Positions 49,506 through 58,703 of a DNA stretch of 64,000 nucleotides are shown piece after piece. The position numbers were made by a program, and so were the translations under genes. This DNA comes from Hyphomicrobiales bacterium. Lineage in GTDB: Bacteria > Bacteroidota > Bacteroidia > Bacteroidales > JBGRPZ01. The stretch lies in contig JBGRPZ010000001.1 in the NCBI GenBank assembly GCA_041725915.1, forward strand, positions 66,198 to 130,197, read 5' to 3'. The stretch's first letter is position 1; every line of letters begins with the position of its first letter. The notes under the pieces were generated by a model that saw only the letters and a list, made by a program, of their open reading frames with translations, was not told the origin of the DNA and did no database searches.

Positions 49506-50198
49506 TTAAAAGGTGATAGAGAATCCAAGATTAAGATTAAGGTTGTTGTCTCTTTTTTCAATATACCTATTTTGAGAAGTACTAGAAGTAAAATTATAAT
49601 TGAAGCTTCCTTCTATAGCTAGATTATCATTTATAAAGTAAGCTGCACCTGCTCCAAGTCCTGTATATAAGGCATTTGCTTTACGATACGAATCATAATC
49701 TTTTATGTATTGATTACTTTCGTATTTATAGACAGGAGATTTAATAGAAGATTGTAATAAACCAATATTTGCTTTTACAAATGGCTTGAATTGCCCCTTA
49801 AGGAAGTAATATCTTAAAAAGGTTCCTACTTTAATTTGGGTTGATTTGGTTTTATATTTTACTTTATCTATTAAAAATTCATTACCATTATTGTCATGAC
49901 CTGTTTCTATATCGATTTCTTCTCTTTGTGAGTAGTTATAACCAAAATCGACTCCAACAACTAAATTGTTTGCTACAAAATACCCTAACTCAGGATTGAA
50001 ATTAAATCCAAAACTATGGTTTATAGCTCTTTCTTTAGTGTATATAGAAACATCATCTTTATACTTATGATTAGTACTGTTATAAAAGCCACCGATGTTA
50101 CTGTTTATACCTCCGAATATCTTCCCTTTTTCTGTTTGTGCGTAAGAGCTTAAAGAAAAAGCTGTAATAAATAGAATAATGAATGAAATGTGTTTCAT
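49506..50198 (-). CDS. Small outer-membrane beta-barrel protein, paralog 5 of 5
   Basis: Signal peptide ending SYAQTEKGKIFGG; C-terminus NLGFSITF. Confidence 0.7.
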   Translation of the reverse strand: MKHISFIILFITAFSLSSYAQTEKGKIFGGINSNIGGFYNSTNHKYKDDVSIYTKERAINHSFGFNFNPELGYFVANNLVVGVDFGYNYSQREEIDIETGHDNNGNEFLIDKVKYKTKSTQIKVGTFLRYYFLKGQFKPFVKANIGLLQSSIKSPVYKYESNQYIKDYDSYRKANALYTGLGAGAAYFINDNLAIEGSFNYNFTSSTSQNRYIEKRDNNLNLNLGFSITF

Positions 50199-50431
50199 AA
50201 GAATTGATTTGTTTTCTTTATTTTGTTATCAATACTATGATTCTTATCTGAATAGGAATCATTTTTTATATTCGTTTTATTGAAAAAACAAATATCAAAG
50301 ACAGATATTTGACTTTATTAATAGTTATAGTTCGAATGTTTTTATTTATTTTTTTATAAGCCTAGGAAATACAATAATAATGCCGCTTTCAGGAGGAAAT
50401 AGAATAAAAGGATAGATAATTGCTTTGACAT

Positions 50432-50465
50432 AAAAAAAACTACTTTCCTTCTTGGGAAAGTAGTT
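50432..50465 (-). terminator. Terminator of the C1 peptidase gene
   Basis: 11-bp perfect stem aactactttcc / ggaaagtagtt, followed on the minus strand by a T-run. Confidence 0.8.
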
Positions 50466-50492
50466 TCGTATTTATATATAATTATATGTTTT

Positions 50493-51734
50493 TTACTTGA
50501 ATTTCTTCATGTACTTCTTGAAAGCATCTTTATGTATAGTAATGCCCATCATCTTCAACTTTACATAATCTTCACTGAAGAAGTAGTAACCAAATTCAGG
50601 AGCTTTCTCATCGCCATTACGTGATCCGGAGCTTGAATCTTTGATAAGGTAGAAATCTTTTCCGTTTCTTGTTGTATATCCAACCAAATGCATACCATGA
50701 TCATCTGTTGTTGTATGATTCGAGAATCTGAATTGGCGTGCTTCTTCATTGATATAAGCAGATGGAATATCAAAATCAGGAATAAGAGCAACTTGTGTCC
50801 ACTTATCGAATCCTGCTTCAGAGACATCACCACCTATACTACATGTATAGCCGTCACGAATTGACTTTTTCACAACATCCATAAATACATCTAATGGTAC
50901 ATTATAATACTCTTTACTATCCCACCAGTTATCAGGGACATCATAAGATACCTGCTTCCAGTATGGTTCTTGCATGTATGAAAGAACTTCAATATAGTCA
51001 TCCATATTAAGTTTCAATACATTGTCAAGATATTCTTTTGGAGTGATCATTTTTCCTTCATATTCAAACTGTGCAGGTGGTTCCCCTATATGAAAGTTCA
51101 TGATAGACTTTATAGTAGCAACTACTTCGTCCATATTCCATGCATTGTCTCTTTTTACAGACTGAAGATAGTTGTTCATCTCCTTATACATTTTGGCATG
51201 TGTATGGTATTTTCTTTCCTTTGGAAGACCATTATATACAGACCATGGAAGGATACCATGCTTGCGGAAAGATCTTGTTACTGCATTTGCTTCAGATCCT
51301 TGTTCGAAGATTGTATTACCTCTGGACTCAACAAAACCCATTGCTTTCTCTACATATTCCCAGTATACAGTATACATTTCAGAAAGTTTCACTTCAAGCT
51401 TGTTAATTCTCTTTACTTCTGTTTCATAGAATGAAGTTGTAGAGAAAGCCCAACAGCTGCCTGTGTTTCCTTGTGAGATAGTAGGATTATGCCATTGATT
51501 CTTGTAGTCAGCAACTTTTGTAGGTACATTCTTTAAATCTTGTACCATGTTTGCTCTTTTATCCATCTTCTTGACCTCTTTTTGTTTGTCAACATGACGG
51601 ATGTCCTTAAGGATAGAGTTTTGATAGAAGCCTGGTTCGTATTCTTTAAACTTAATTTTGTCCTGCCCTTTTTGTGCATATCCTGATAAGCACATTACTG
51701 CAGAAGAAATAGTTATTAGTATCGTTTTCTTCAT
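50493..51734 (-). CDS. Papain-family (C1) cysteine peptidase, secreted
   Basis: Signal peptide, catalytic Cys context QGNTGSCWAFS, catalytic His context DDHGMHLVGY. 413 aa. Confidence 0.8.
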   Translation of the reverse strand: MKKTILITISSAVMCLSGYAQKGQDKIKFKEYEPGFYQNSILKDIRHVDKQKEVKKMDKRANMVQDLKNVPTKVADYKNQWHNPTISQGNTGSCWAFSTTSFYETEVKRINKLEVKLSEMYTVYWEYVEKAMGFVESRGNTIFEQGSEANAVTRSFRKHGILPWSVYNGLPKERKYHTHAKMYKEMNNYLQSVKRDNAWNMDEVVATIKSIMNFHIGEPPAQFEYEGKMITPKEYLDNVLKLNMDDYIEVLSYMQEPYWKQVSYDVPDNWWDSKEYYNVPLDVFMDVVKKSIRDGYTCSIGGDVSEAGFDKWTQVALIPDFDIPSAYINEEARQFRFSNHTTTDDHGMHLVGYTTRNGKDFYLIKDSSSGSRNGDEKAPEFGYYFFSEDYVKLKMMGITIHKDAFKKYMKKFK

Positions 51735-51940
51735 ATTTATATTTTTTACAAGAGCAAAAGTAACAAATATGAAGATATATAAGAAGGGGGAGGATCTGTT
51801 TATCTTTGGTATATAATACTGTATAGCTTTATTTCGGCTTTTAGGTTTCTTCTTTATATAAACAGAAAGGGACTGACAATTATGCCAGCCCCTAAAACAT
51901 GCAAATTTTTCAGTGAAGTAGTTTTTAAACTACCTCTTAT

Positions 51941-52411
51941 TTATAGAAATTCGATACTGTCACTTTTGGTGGTTTTCTCACAATAGTGGCAATGAAGTTT
52001 TAGCTCACCATCACTTGTGTCAACCTTAAATCTTGATTTTACTTCATCCTCAATATTTGTTACGCAATTAGGATTGAAGCATTTTACAAACTGTTCGACT
52101 TTTCCAGGAATCTCTACACCTTGCTTATTGACTACATCATAATCTTTGATTTCGATAAGGGTGGCAGAAGGTGCAATAAGAGCAATTTTATTTAACTCTT
52201 TAGGTTCAAAGAATCTGTCTTTAACTTTGATGATGGCCTTATTGCCATATTTTTTGCTGTCCAGATTACTACCAAAGTAGATCTGGTTCTTAGACTGATC
52301 TAATCCAAGGATTCTGATAACGGTAAATAAGCTATCAGAAGGAAGGTGGTCTATTACAGTACCATTATTCAATGCTGATACTATAAGCTCTTTTCTTTTA
52401 TTGTTTTCCAT
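51941..52411 (-). CDS. pyrI: Aspartate carbamoyltransferase regulatory subunit
   Basis: 156 aa. NGTVIDHL N-terminal domain and Zn-domain cysteines CFNPNC...CHYCEK. Confidence 0.9.
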   Translation of the reverse strand: MENNKRKELIVSALNNGTVIDHLPSDSLFTVIRILGLDQSKNQIYFGSNLDSKKYGNKAIIKVKDRFFEPKELNKIALIAPSATLIEIKDYDVVNKQGVEIPGKVEQFVKCFNPNCVTNIEDEVKSRFKVDTSDGELKLHCHYCEKTTKSDSIEFL

Positions 52412-52469
52412 TTCAGTAGTATTTCAATATAAAAAAAAAGCAGTCAACGAATAAGACTGCCTGCGATAA

Positions 52470-53378
52470 TTATTTAAGACCTAAGATAGATGCTACTAAA
52501 GCTTGACGGACATAAACGCCGTTTCTGGCTTGCTGAAAATAATAGGCCTTGGGATTGTCATCAACATCCTCTTTGATTTCATTTACTCTTGGTAGTGGAT
52601 GAAGAATACGCAGGTTATCTTTTCCTTGATCTAACATGGCGTTATGAAGGATATATGAATTCTTCACTTTTTCATAATCCAAAGGATCAGGAAAACGCTC
52701 TTGTTGAATACGGGTCATATACAATACATCAACGTGAGGAATCACATCTTTGACATCTGTATATTGATAATACTCAAGATTGGCTTCTTTGATATATCTT
52801 TTTACAGCACTTGGAAGCTTTAGTTCTACAGGAGATACCAGATGGAATGTAGCATTAAAATGACAAAGAGCCATTACCAATGAATGTACGGTACGTCCAT
52901 ACTTAAGATCTCCTACAAAAGCAACATGAAGGTTGTCAAGTGTACCTTGAGTTTTTCTAATTGAATACAAATCAAGAAGGCATTGTGTTGGGTGCTGATT
53001 TGCTCCATCGCCTGCATTAATAATAGGAACTGAGGCAACTTCAGAAGCAAAACGGGCACTACCTTCAACAGGATGGCGCATTACAATTAGATCAGAATAG
53101 TTACTAACAGTAAGTATAGTATCTTTTAGGGATTCTCCTTTCTTTACACTAGAACTTGAAGCGTCAGAAAAGCCAACGATCTTGCCTCCCAGCATTGAGA
53201 TTGCTGATTCGAAACTTAGGCGAGTTCTTGTTGATGGTTCAAAGAAAAGCGAAGCAATAACTTGATTTTCAAGTATTCTTTGTTTTGGGTTCTTCTCAAA
53301 GCCTTCTGCAATATCTAGTATTTTGATATACTCATCCTTGCTGAAGTCATTGATAGAAACAAGACTACGATTTTTCAT
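52470..53378 (-). CDS. pyrB: Aspartate carbamoyltransferase catalytic subunit
   Basis: Motifs FEPSTRTRLSFE, QHPTQCLLD and HPLPRVNEI. 302 aa. Confidence 0.95.
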   Translation of the reverse strand: MKNRSLVSINDFSKDEYIKILDIAEGFEKNPKQRILENQVIASLFFEPSTRTRLSFESAISMLGGKIVGFSDASSSSVKKGESLKDTILTVSNYSDLIVMRHPVEGSARFASEVASVPIINAGDGANQHPTQCLLDLYSIRKTQGTLDNLHVAFVGDLKYGRTVHSLVMALCHFNATFHLVSPVELKLPSAVKRYIKEANLEYYQYTDVKDVIPHVDVLYMTRIQQERFPDPLDYEKVKNSYILHNAMLDQGKDNLRILHPLPRVNEIKEDVDDNPKAYYFQQARNGVYVRQALVASILGLK

Positions 53379-53453
53379 TGATATAAATTTGAAGTGGTTT
53401 TTTTTTGGGGTGTAAAATTAAGTTTTTTATTAATAACTTGTGTCTTTAATTTA

Positions 53454-53480
53454 CAAAAAAAAAGCGACCCGGAGGCCGCA
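53454..53480 (-). terminator. Strong GC-rich terminator between the P-loop gene and pyrB
   Basis: On the minus strand: GCGGCC-TCCG-GGTCGC followed by a T-run of 9-10. Confidence 0.8.
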
Positions 53481-53501
53481 CACTATAAATTATGAACTAG
53501 T

Positions 53502-54851
53502 CTATGCATTCATAAGCTCAAGCTTGTTTTTTTTTAAAAACTCTTCCACTACTCCTTCTAGGCTTGGACATCCAATCTCTTGAAGATCATAGTAAACTCT
53601 TGTATTAGGCTTATCGATCTTTATAATTCTATTTAGATCAATAGGAGTACCAATAACTACAGCATCACACTCGCAATTGTTGATTGTAGTTTCAAGATCC
53701 TTTAATTGCTGCTCACCATAACCCATTGCAGGTAGGAGAGTACCAATATTAGGATAGATTTGGAATGTTTCAGCAAGTTTACCAACACAATAAGGGCGTG
53801 GGTCGACAAGTTCTGCTGCTCCAAACTTATGCGAAGCTACAACACCTGCGCCAATCTTCATTTCACCATGTGTAAGCGTTGGTCCATCCTCAACAACCAA
53901 TACCTTCTTGCCTTTGATAAGTTCAGGATTATCGACTTTAATTGGAGAAGCTGCATCTATAACAACTGCATTTGGGTTTACTTTGTCGATGTTTTGTCTT
54001 ACAATCTGAATAGCATCTCTATCTGCACTGTCCATCTTATTGATTACAACACAATCAGCCATTCTGAGGGTAACTTCACCTGGATAATAAGACAACTCAT
54101 GACCTGGGCGGTGAGGATCGACAACGGTAATGTTAAGATCAGGCTTGTAGAATGGGAAATCATTATTTCCACCATCCCAAAGAATTACATCACATCCATC
54201 AGGATCATTTTCTGCTGCTCTTACAATAGCTTCATAATCTACACCTGCATAAATAACATTTCCTCTTGCTACATGTGGTTCGTATTCTTCCATCTCTTCA
54301 ACTGTACACTTATGCTTGTGAAGATCGTCGATAGTAGCAAAACGTTGTACTTTCTGTTCAACGAGGTCACCATAAGGCATAGGGTGTCTAATAGCAACAA
54401 CCTTAAGTCCTCGTTCCATTAATAATTCAATAACTCTTCTTGATGTTTGACTTTTACCACAACCCGTACGGATAGCACCTACAGCGATAACTGGCTTTGT
54501 AGATTTTACCATTGTAGGTTCTGGACCTAAAAGAATAAAATTAGCTCCTGCGGAGTTGACTATCGCACTCATACCCATAACTTTTGAATAAGTTACATCT
54601 GAATATGAAAATACGCAGTCATGAACATTGTGTTCTTTTATCAAACTAACCAGGTTTTCTTCTCCAAAAATAGGAATACCATCCGGATATAAATCACCAG
54701 CTAGTTCCTTTGGATAGCATCTTCCATCAATATCAGGTATCTGAGCTGCCGTAAAAGCCACAACATTATAATCAGGGTTATTACGATAGTAAGTATTGAA
54801 ATTATGGAAGTCTCTTCCTGCTGCACCAATGATGATCACATTTTTTTTCAT
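53502..54851 (-). CDS. P-loop NTPase, cyclic 2,3-diphosphoglycerate synthetase-like family (function uncertain)
   Basis: MKKNVIIIGAAGRDFHNFN Rossmann-like N-terminus and Walker A GAIRTGCGKSQTSRRV. About 450 aa. The family assignment is from memory of the archaeal cpgS architecture and was not verified. ATG 54851 is preferred to TTG 54878. Confidence 0.4.
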   Translation of the reverse strand: MKKNVIIIGAAGRDFHNFNTYYRNNPDYNVVAFTAAQIPDIDGRCYPKELAGDLYPDGIPIFGEENLVSLIKEHNVHDCVFSYSDVTYSKVMGMSAIVNSAGANFILLGPEPTMVKSTKPVIAVGAIRTGCGKSQTSRRVIELLMERGLKVVAIRHPMPYGDLVEQKVQRFATIDDLHKHKCTVEEMEEYEPHVARGNVIYAGVDYEAIVRAAENDPDGCDVILWDGGNNDFPFYKPDLNITVVDPHRPGHELSYYPGEVTLRMADCVVINKMDSADRDAIQIVRQNIDKVNPNAVVIDAASPIKVDNPELIKGKKVLVVEDGPTLTHGEMKIGAGVVASHKFGAAELVDPRPYCVGKLAETFQIYPNIGTLLPAMGYGEQQLKDLETTINNCECDAVVIGTPIDLNRIIKIDKPNTRVYYDLQEIGCPSLEGVVEEFLKKNKLELMNA

Positions 54852-55640
54852 GCTCTTTCTGGTTAATAAGTTTAACAATTAATTTATTATAAAATGACTA
54901 TGTCTAGTACACTCAAACCAAAAAAACCGGGAAATCCTCAAGGAATCATTCAGCACAAAATTTACGAAAGGAATCGTAAATTACATCTTATATGGATGCG
55001 TCCGGAAATAATCTGTATGGTAGGTATATTGCATCTACCAAAGCGATCGCTAAGTTATAAACTTATTTTTTTCTCGCAATGCTTATTCAGACTTTTTTTA
55101 ATTAAATGTTTTTTTATTTTATAACTGAATGATGAGCAGTGTACTTATGTAAAAACGTATAATTATACATGATAAATGTATTTCCCCTTTACCTTGGTGG
55201 AGTATTTTACTATAATTGATTCATAGACCATAGGAAGATGAATAAATATAGACCTTATATGCAATTCTGATCTTCGTATTGTTGTTGTTTATATGATTAT
55301 TTCTGCTGATATTTTTCCACCTTAAATATTTATCATTACATTTGTGATCACTATAGAACTATATTGAGAAAAATTGTTCATGTAGGGTTATAAATTCAGG
55401 TTCTTCTTTTTGGTTAACATGATTTTCTTGAACGAAGAGTCTGAATTTCCCTATTGATAAGTTGATGTTTCGGGGGTAAAGAATGAAAATTCATCAACGA
55501 TTGAATATTATCTCATAACTACTGAATATAAATACTCTTTTAATTGAATATTTACATGCTGCTTATTGAATTTTTATTCATCATCTATTGATTATTACTT
55601 ATCGCCTGTAACATAGTAGATCCTTTATGTTATAATATAT

Positions 55641-55909
55641 ATTCCCCTCTTTATAAACGTGATTTTTCCGCCTTGAGAATTTTGAGTTTCCGCCTTGAAG
55701 AAGTAAATTCTTCCCGTTGATAATCTTTGTTCGCCTCCTTAAGTTGGTGTAGTCTCCTCCTTAAGATGAGAGTCTGTCCCTTGATGAATACATATTTGTC
55801 CCTTGATGAACACATATTTGCCTTTTGATGCACCAAAACAAGGTCTATTTTGAATAAAAATTCATGTTTTGATGAATGAAGATGCGCTGTATTTTGAATA
55901 AAAATTCAT
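55641..55909. repeat. Degenerate tandem array, about 12 units in a 22-bp register
   Basis: TTGA/TTAA cores at 55673, 55695, 55717, 55739, 55761, 55781, 55803, 55825, 55850, 55869 and 55894, with a weaker unit at 55651. Neighbouring units are pairwise near-identical (tttccgccttga x2, ctcctccttaag x2, tgtcccttgatgaa x2, tattttgaataaaaattcat x2). Confidence 0.85.
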
Positions 55910-55940
55910 TGTTTATAAGATTTTATTATGTGTAATGACA

Positions 55941-55974
55941 TAAAAAAGACCATGCATAATAATTGCATGGTCTA
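55941..55974 (-). terminator. Terminator of the 56004..56417 gene
   Basis: 10-bp perfect stem agaccatgca / tgcatggtct, followed on the minus strand by TTTTTTA. Confidence 0.8.
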
Positions 55975-56003
55975 TATGAAAGAGATTCCAAATGAAATCT
56001 ATT

Positions 56004-56417
56004 CTAAGCCTCTTGCTTAGCTGCCTCAGCAAAGGCTTTATCTAATTCAGCAGTTAGATTGACATGTGAATTTCTTTTCCCACTTAAAGTTTTGTCGATA
56101 AGGGTTTTGGAGACGAATAATTTTTTTGCAGTTATCTTGACATGAAAACTTAGTTCTGTATCTGTACATTTCCATTTTGATAAATTGGCTTCAACAGTAA
56201 TTCCATGAACAGTTTTCTTTTCATGCATATTCCCACTTAGGTCTATATTGATACTTCCACCTCCTTTGTTGGTTTTTACAATTGCAGTTGTAGGGAAGAC
56301 GTTGGTGCCATTATCATGAACAATTAGTTCAGCAGTTCCTGAAATAATACCTAGAACTGAAAAATTTTCTTTATGATCGATAATTATTGGCAGTCCATTA
56401 TTTTCTTTGCTCATCAT
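56004..56417 (-). CDS. Hypothetical protein (137 aa, no signal peptide)
   Basis: Clean ORF with its own terminator. No recognisable motif. Confidence 0.5.
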   Translation of the reverse strand: MMSKENNGLPIIIDHKENFSVLGIISGTAELIVHDNGTNVFPTTAIVKTNKGGGSINIDLSGNMHEKKTVHGITVEANLSKWKCTDTELSFHVKITAKKLFVSKTLIDKTLSGKRNSHVNLTAELDKAFAEAAKQEA

Positions 56418-56787
56418 TCTAAAATTTTGATATTTAATGTTAATGTTATTTTTCGGTAAAATTATAGTGATATATGATAGAGGGATAGCGTAAGAGTGCT
56501 TGTTTGATAGATGTAGGAAATCTCTGTTTATAGTATAAGCAGTATTACTATAGAGTTTGTTTTTATAAGAATAAATACCTGAATAATTATTTATACAAAG
56601 AGCTTATTTAAAAGCGATAAAAACTTTTTATAGCTTGATATTGATTTCTGTCTAATCTACTTTTTATTACCTTTGCCTCCTTTCATTAAGTAGCTTACAA
56701 TAAGATGATTTTATTCGTTTTAGATAAAGGATTTATCTTATAATAAGATGATAAGCAATATATAATAGGCTAAATAATAATCACAAA

Positions 56788-57957
56788 ATGGGCAAAATAA
56801 GAGTTAAGCTTTTAACTTTCAAGGGAGCTGGTGAATCAGTTCTCAATATGGGGAAAGAAAAGGTATACAAGATCTTTGGTAAAAGTTATGTTAAGTTTGT
56901 TGATGAGCATCCGGAAGTATTATATTTTGTTACTGGTGGTTCTGAAGAAGAAGCGTTACGTGTAGTAGAGCGCAGAGGTCGTAGATTTTATCTTCTTCTT
57001 GCAGACAGTGAGCATAATGCTTATGCTTCAGCAACAGAAGTAAAAGCATGGTTAAATCAAAATATTGTAAGAGCTAGATTGCTTCAGATTGGCGTTGATG
57101 GTAGTGATTCTCTGATTAAGAGCTACTTCAATGTAAGAAAAGCATTTTGGAAGCTTCAAAATACAAAGATTGGATTGTTTGGGAAACCTTCTGATTGGTT
57201 AGTAGCTTCTACAATTCCTTTTGGCAGATTGAAAGATTGGTTGGGAATAACTCTTCAACAAATTGATTGGAGTGATTTTAACCCTGAAGATTACCCACAG
57301 GATGAAAAATTCCTTTCTAAATTCCAACCTAAATGTAGTGGAGACCTTGGCACAACTTCCGCTGTCTCTCAATTTATGATGGATCAGATTAAGCTACATA
57401 AGCTTGATGCAATTACTGTTGAGTGCTTCCCTATGGTTCAGGAAAAAGGAATTACTGCTTGTCTTCCTCTTTCTTTATTGAATGATAATGGTGTTCCTGC
57501 AGGTTGTGAAGGTGATATTACTGCTATCACAGGTATGATGATAGGTCAGGCTCTTACTGGTAGTATTCCTTGGATGGCTAATACTGTTGAGATAGATAAG
57601 AAACGTTCTTTGTTTGCTCATTGTACTATTGGCACAAACATGTTGAATGATTATAATATCACTACTCATTTTGAAACAGGTAAAGGTACTGCTATTCAAG
57701 GTGACTTTAAACATAGAGAAGTGACTATCTTCCGTGTGAACAGAAACCTTGAAAGAGGATTTGTTACAAACGCAATGATTACTCATACTCCTAAGTTAGA
57801 TACTGCTTGTAGAACTCAGGTAAAAGTACAAATGCCTGAAAAGGCTGTTGAAACTTTAAGAGATCAGCCTTTAGGGAATCATCATCTTTTCCTTCCTGGT
57901 GATCATGTTGAAGAAATTAAAATGGCTTTTGAACTTCTTGGTATGGAGATCGTTTAA
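56788..57957 (+). CDS. L-fucose/L-arabinose isomerase-family-like protein (predicted sugar isomerase)
   Basis: 389 aa. GVPAGCEGDITAITGMMIG and FAHCTIG blocks resemble the catalytic-domain pattern of fucose-isomerase-like proteins. From memory, not verified. Confidence 0.4.
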   Translation: MGKIRVKLLTFKGAGESVLNMGKEKVYKIFGKSYVKFVDEHPEVLYFVTGGSEEEALRVVERRGRRFYLLLADSEHNAYASATEVKAWLNQNIVRARLLQIGVDGSDSLIKSYFNVRKAFWKLQNTKIGLFGKPSDWLVASTIPFGRLKDWLGITLQQIDWSDFNPEDYPQDEKFLSKFQPKCSGDLGTTSAVSQFMMDQIKLHKLDAITVECFPMVQEKGITACLPLSLLNDNGVPAGCEGDITAITGMMIGQALTGSIPWMANTVEIDKKRSLFAHCTIGTNMLNDYNITTHFETGKGTAIQGDFKHREVTIFRVNRNLERGFVTNAMITHTPKLDTACRTQVKVQMPEKAVETLRDQPLGNHHLFLPGDHVEEIKMAFELLGMEIV

Positions 57958-57969
57958 AAAAAGATATTT

Positions 57970-58006
57970 AGTATAGGTAAAAGAAACTTTACCTATACTT
58001 TTTTTC
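57970..58006 (+). terminator. Terminator after the isomerase-like gene
   Basis: 12-bp perfect stem agtataggtaaa / tttacctatact followed by TTTTTTCC. Confidence 0.85.
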
Positions 58007-58028
58007 CTTTTTCTATACTGCTATTGTT

Positions 58029-58673
58029 TTGAGTAGATATATATATAAGTTGATTGCTGAAGGTGAGCATCAACGTCAGGATTTTAAGTTTCAGATCAGT
58101 GATAGTAAAAAGATAGCAAGGACTCTTGTTGCTTTTGCAAACACTGATGGAGGTAAGTTATTGATTGGAGTTAAGGATAATGGAGTTGTGGCAGGTATAC
58201 GTTCTGCTGAAGAAATGTATATGATAGAAGCCGCAGGAGATATGTATTGCCGTCCTAAGGTTGAAACTACTATCAAAGAATGGAATATTGATGGTAAGAT
58301 GGTGCTTGAAGTGGATGTTAAAAGGAGTAATGAATTACATTCTGCACCGTCCAAGGAAGGTAAATATATGGTGTTTGTTCGTGTGAAAGATCAAAATATT
58401 ATGGCTAATGCCGTTCTTGTTGAAGCCCGTCGCAAGAAAAATAGTAAGTATGGTGTAAGTATCTCATATAACGAAACACAACAAACATTGATGTCTTACC
58501 TTAATGATCATGAAGAAATTACTTTGAATGAATTCGCTTCTCTGACTTCAATTTCTCGTTATAAGGCTAAAAGAATACTTGTCGACCTGCTGGCTACTAA
58601 TATTATTGAGATACATCTTACTGAAAATTCGGCAACATATAGTATCAACAAAGATTACTTTTCAGAAGAATAA
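58029..58673 (+). CDS. AlbA_2 / Schlafen-like divergent-AAA domain protein with a C-terminal wHTH-like region
   Basis: GEHQRQDFKFQISDSKKIARTLVAFANTDGGKLLIGVKDNGVVAGI is the typical AlbA_2-domain N-terminal pattern. TTG start; there is no nearby ATG. Confidence 0.65.
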   Translation: MSRYIYKLIAEGEHQRQDFKFQISDSKKIARTLVAFANTDGGKLLIGVKDNGVVAGIRSAEEMYMIEAAGDMYCRPKVETTIKEWNIDGKMVLEVDVKRSNELHSAPSKEGKYMVFVRVKDQNIMANAVLVEARRKKNSKYGVSISYNETQQTLMSYLNDHEEITLNEFASLTSISRYKAKRILVDLLATNIIEIHLTENSATYSINKDYFSEE

Positions 58674-58703
58674 CTTATCGGATCTCTTTTAACTTCCTTC
58701 GAA

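Noticed and set aside
51090-51434. Three overlapping plus-strand ORFs (85-114 aa) inside the C1 peptidase gene.
   Set aside because: They are mutually overlapping in different frames, antisense to a well-supported gene, and have no motifs. They are shadow ORFs.
51911-51940. The palindrome gaagtagtttttaaactac after pyrI as evidence for a fourth copy of the dispersed element.
   Set aside because: Only the roughly 19-nt hairpin is shared, and the flanks do not align with copies A to C. It is more simply a terminator-type hairpin of similar sequence.
53760-54422. 220-aa plus-strand ORF antisense to the P-loop gene. This is unusually long for an AT-rich genome.
   Set aside because: The sense strand has clear NTPase motifs and full-length coherence. 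The antisense product is Cys/Asn/Ile-rich with no motif, signal or sensible start context. It is treated as a shadow ORF.
55651-55836. 61-aa minus-strand ORF in the ORF-free gap.
   Set aside because: It is simply the translation of the 22-bp periodic array. The period is not a multiple of 3, the product is low-complexity and basic, and there is no start context. It is most likely not coding.
54880-56000. Chromosomal replication origin (oriC): AT-rich, ORF-free, iteron-like repeats, with nearby genes switching from the minus to the plus strand.
   Set aside because: I found no cluster of DnaA-box-like 9-mers (TTATCCACA or its complement) in this gap. No dnaA, dnaN or other origin-linked gene is nearby. 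Several other strand switches occur in the window. This is unsupported without a genome-wide GC-skew analysis.
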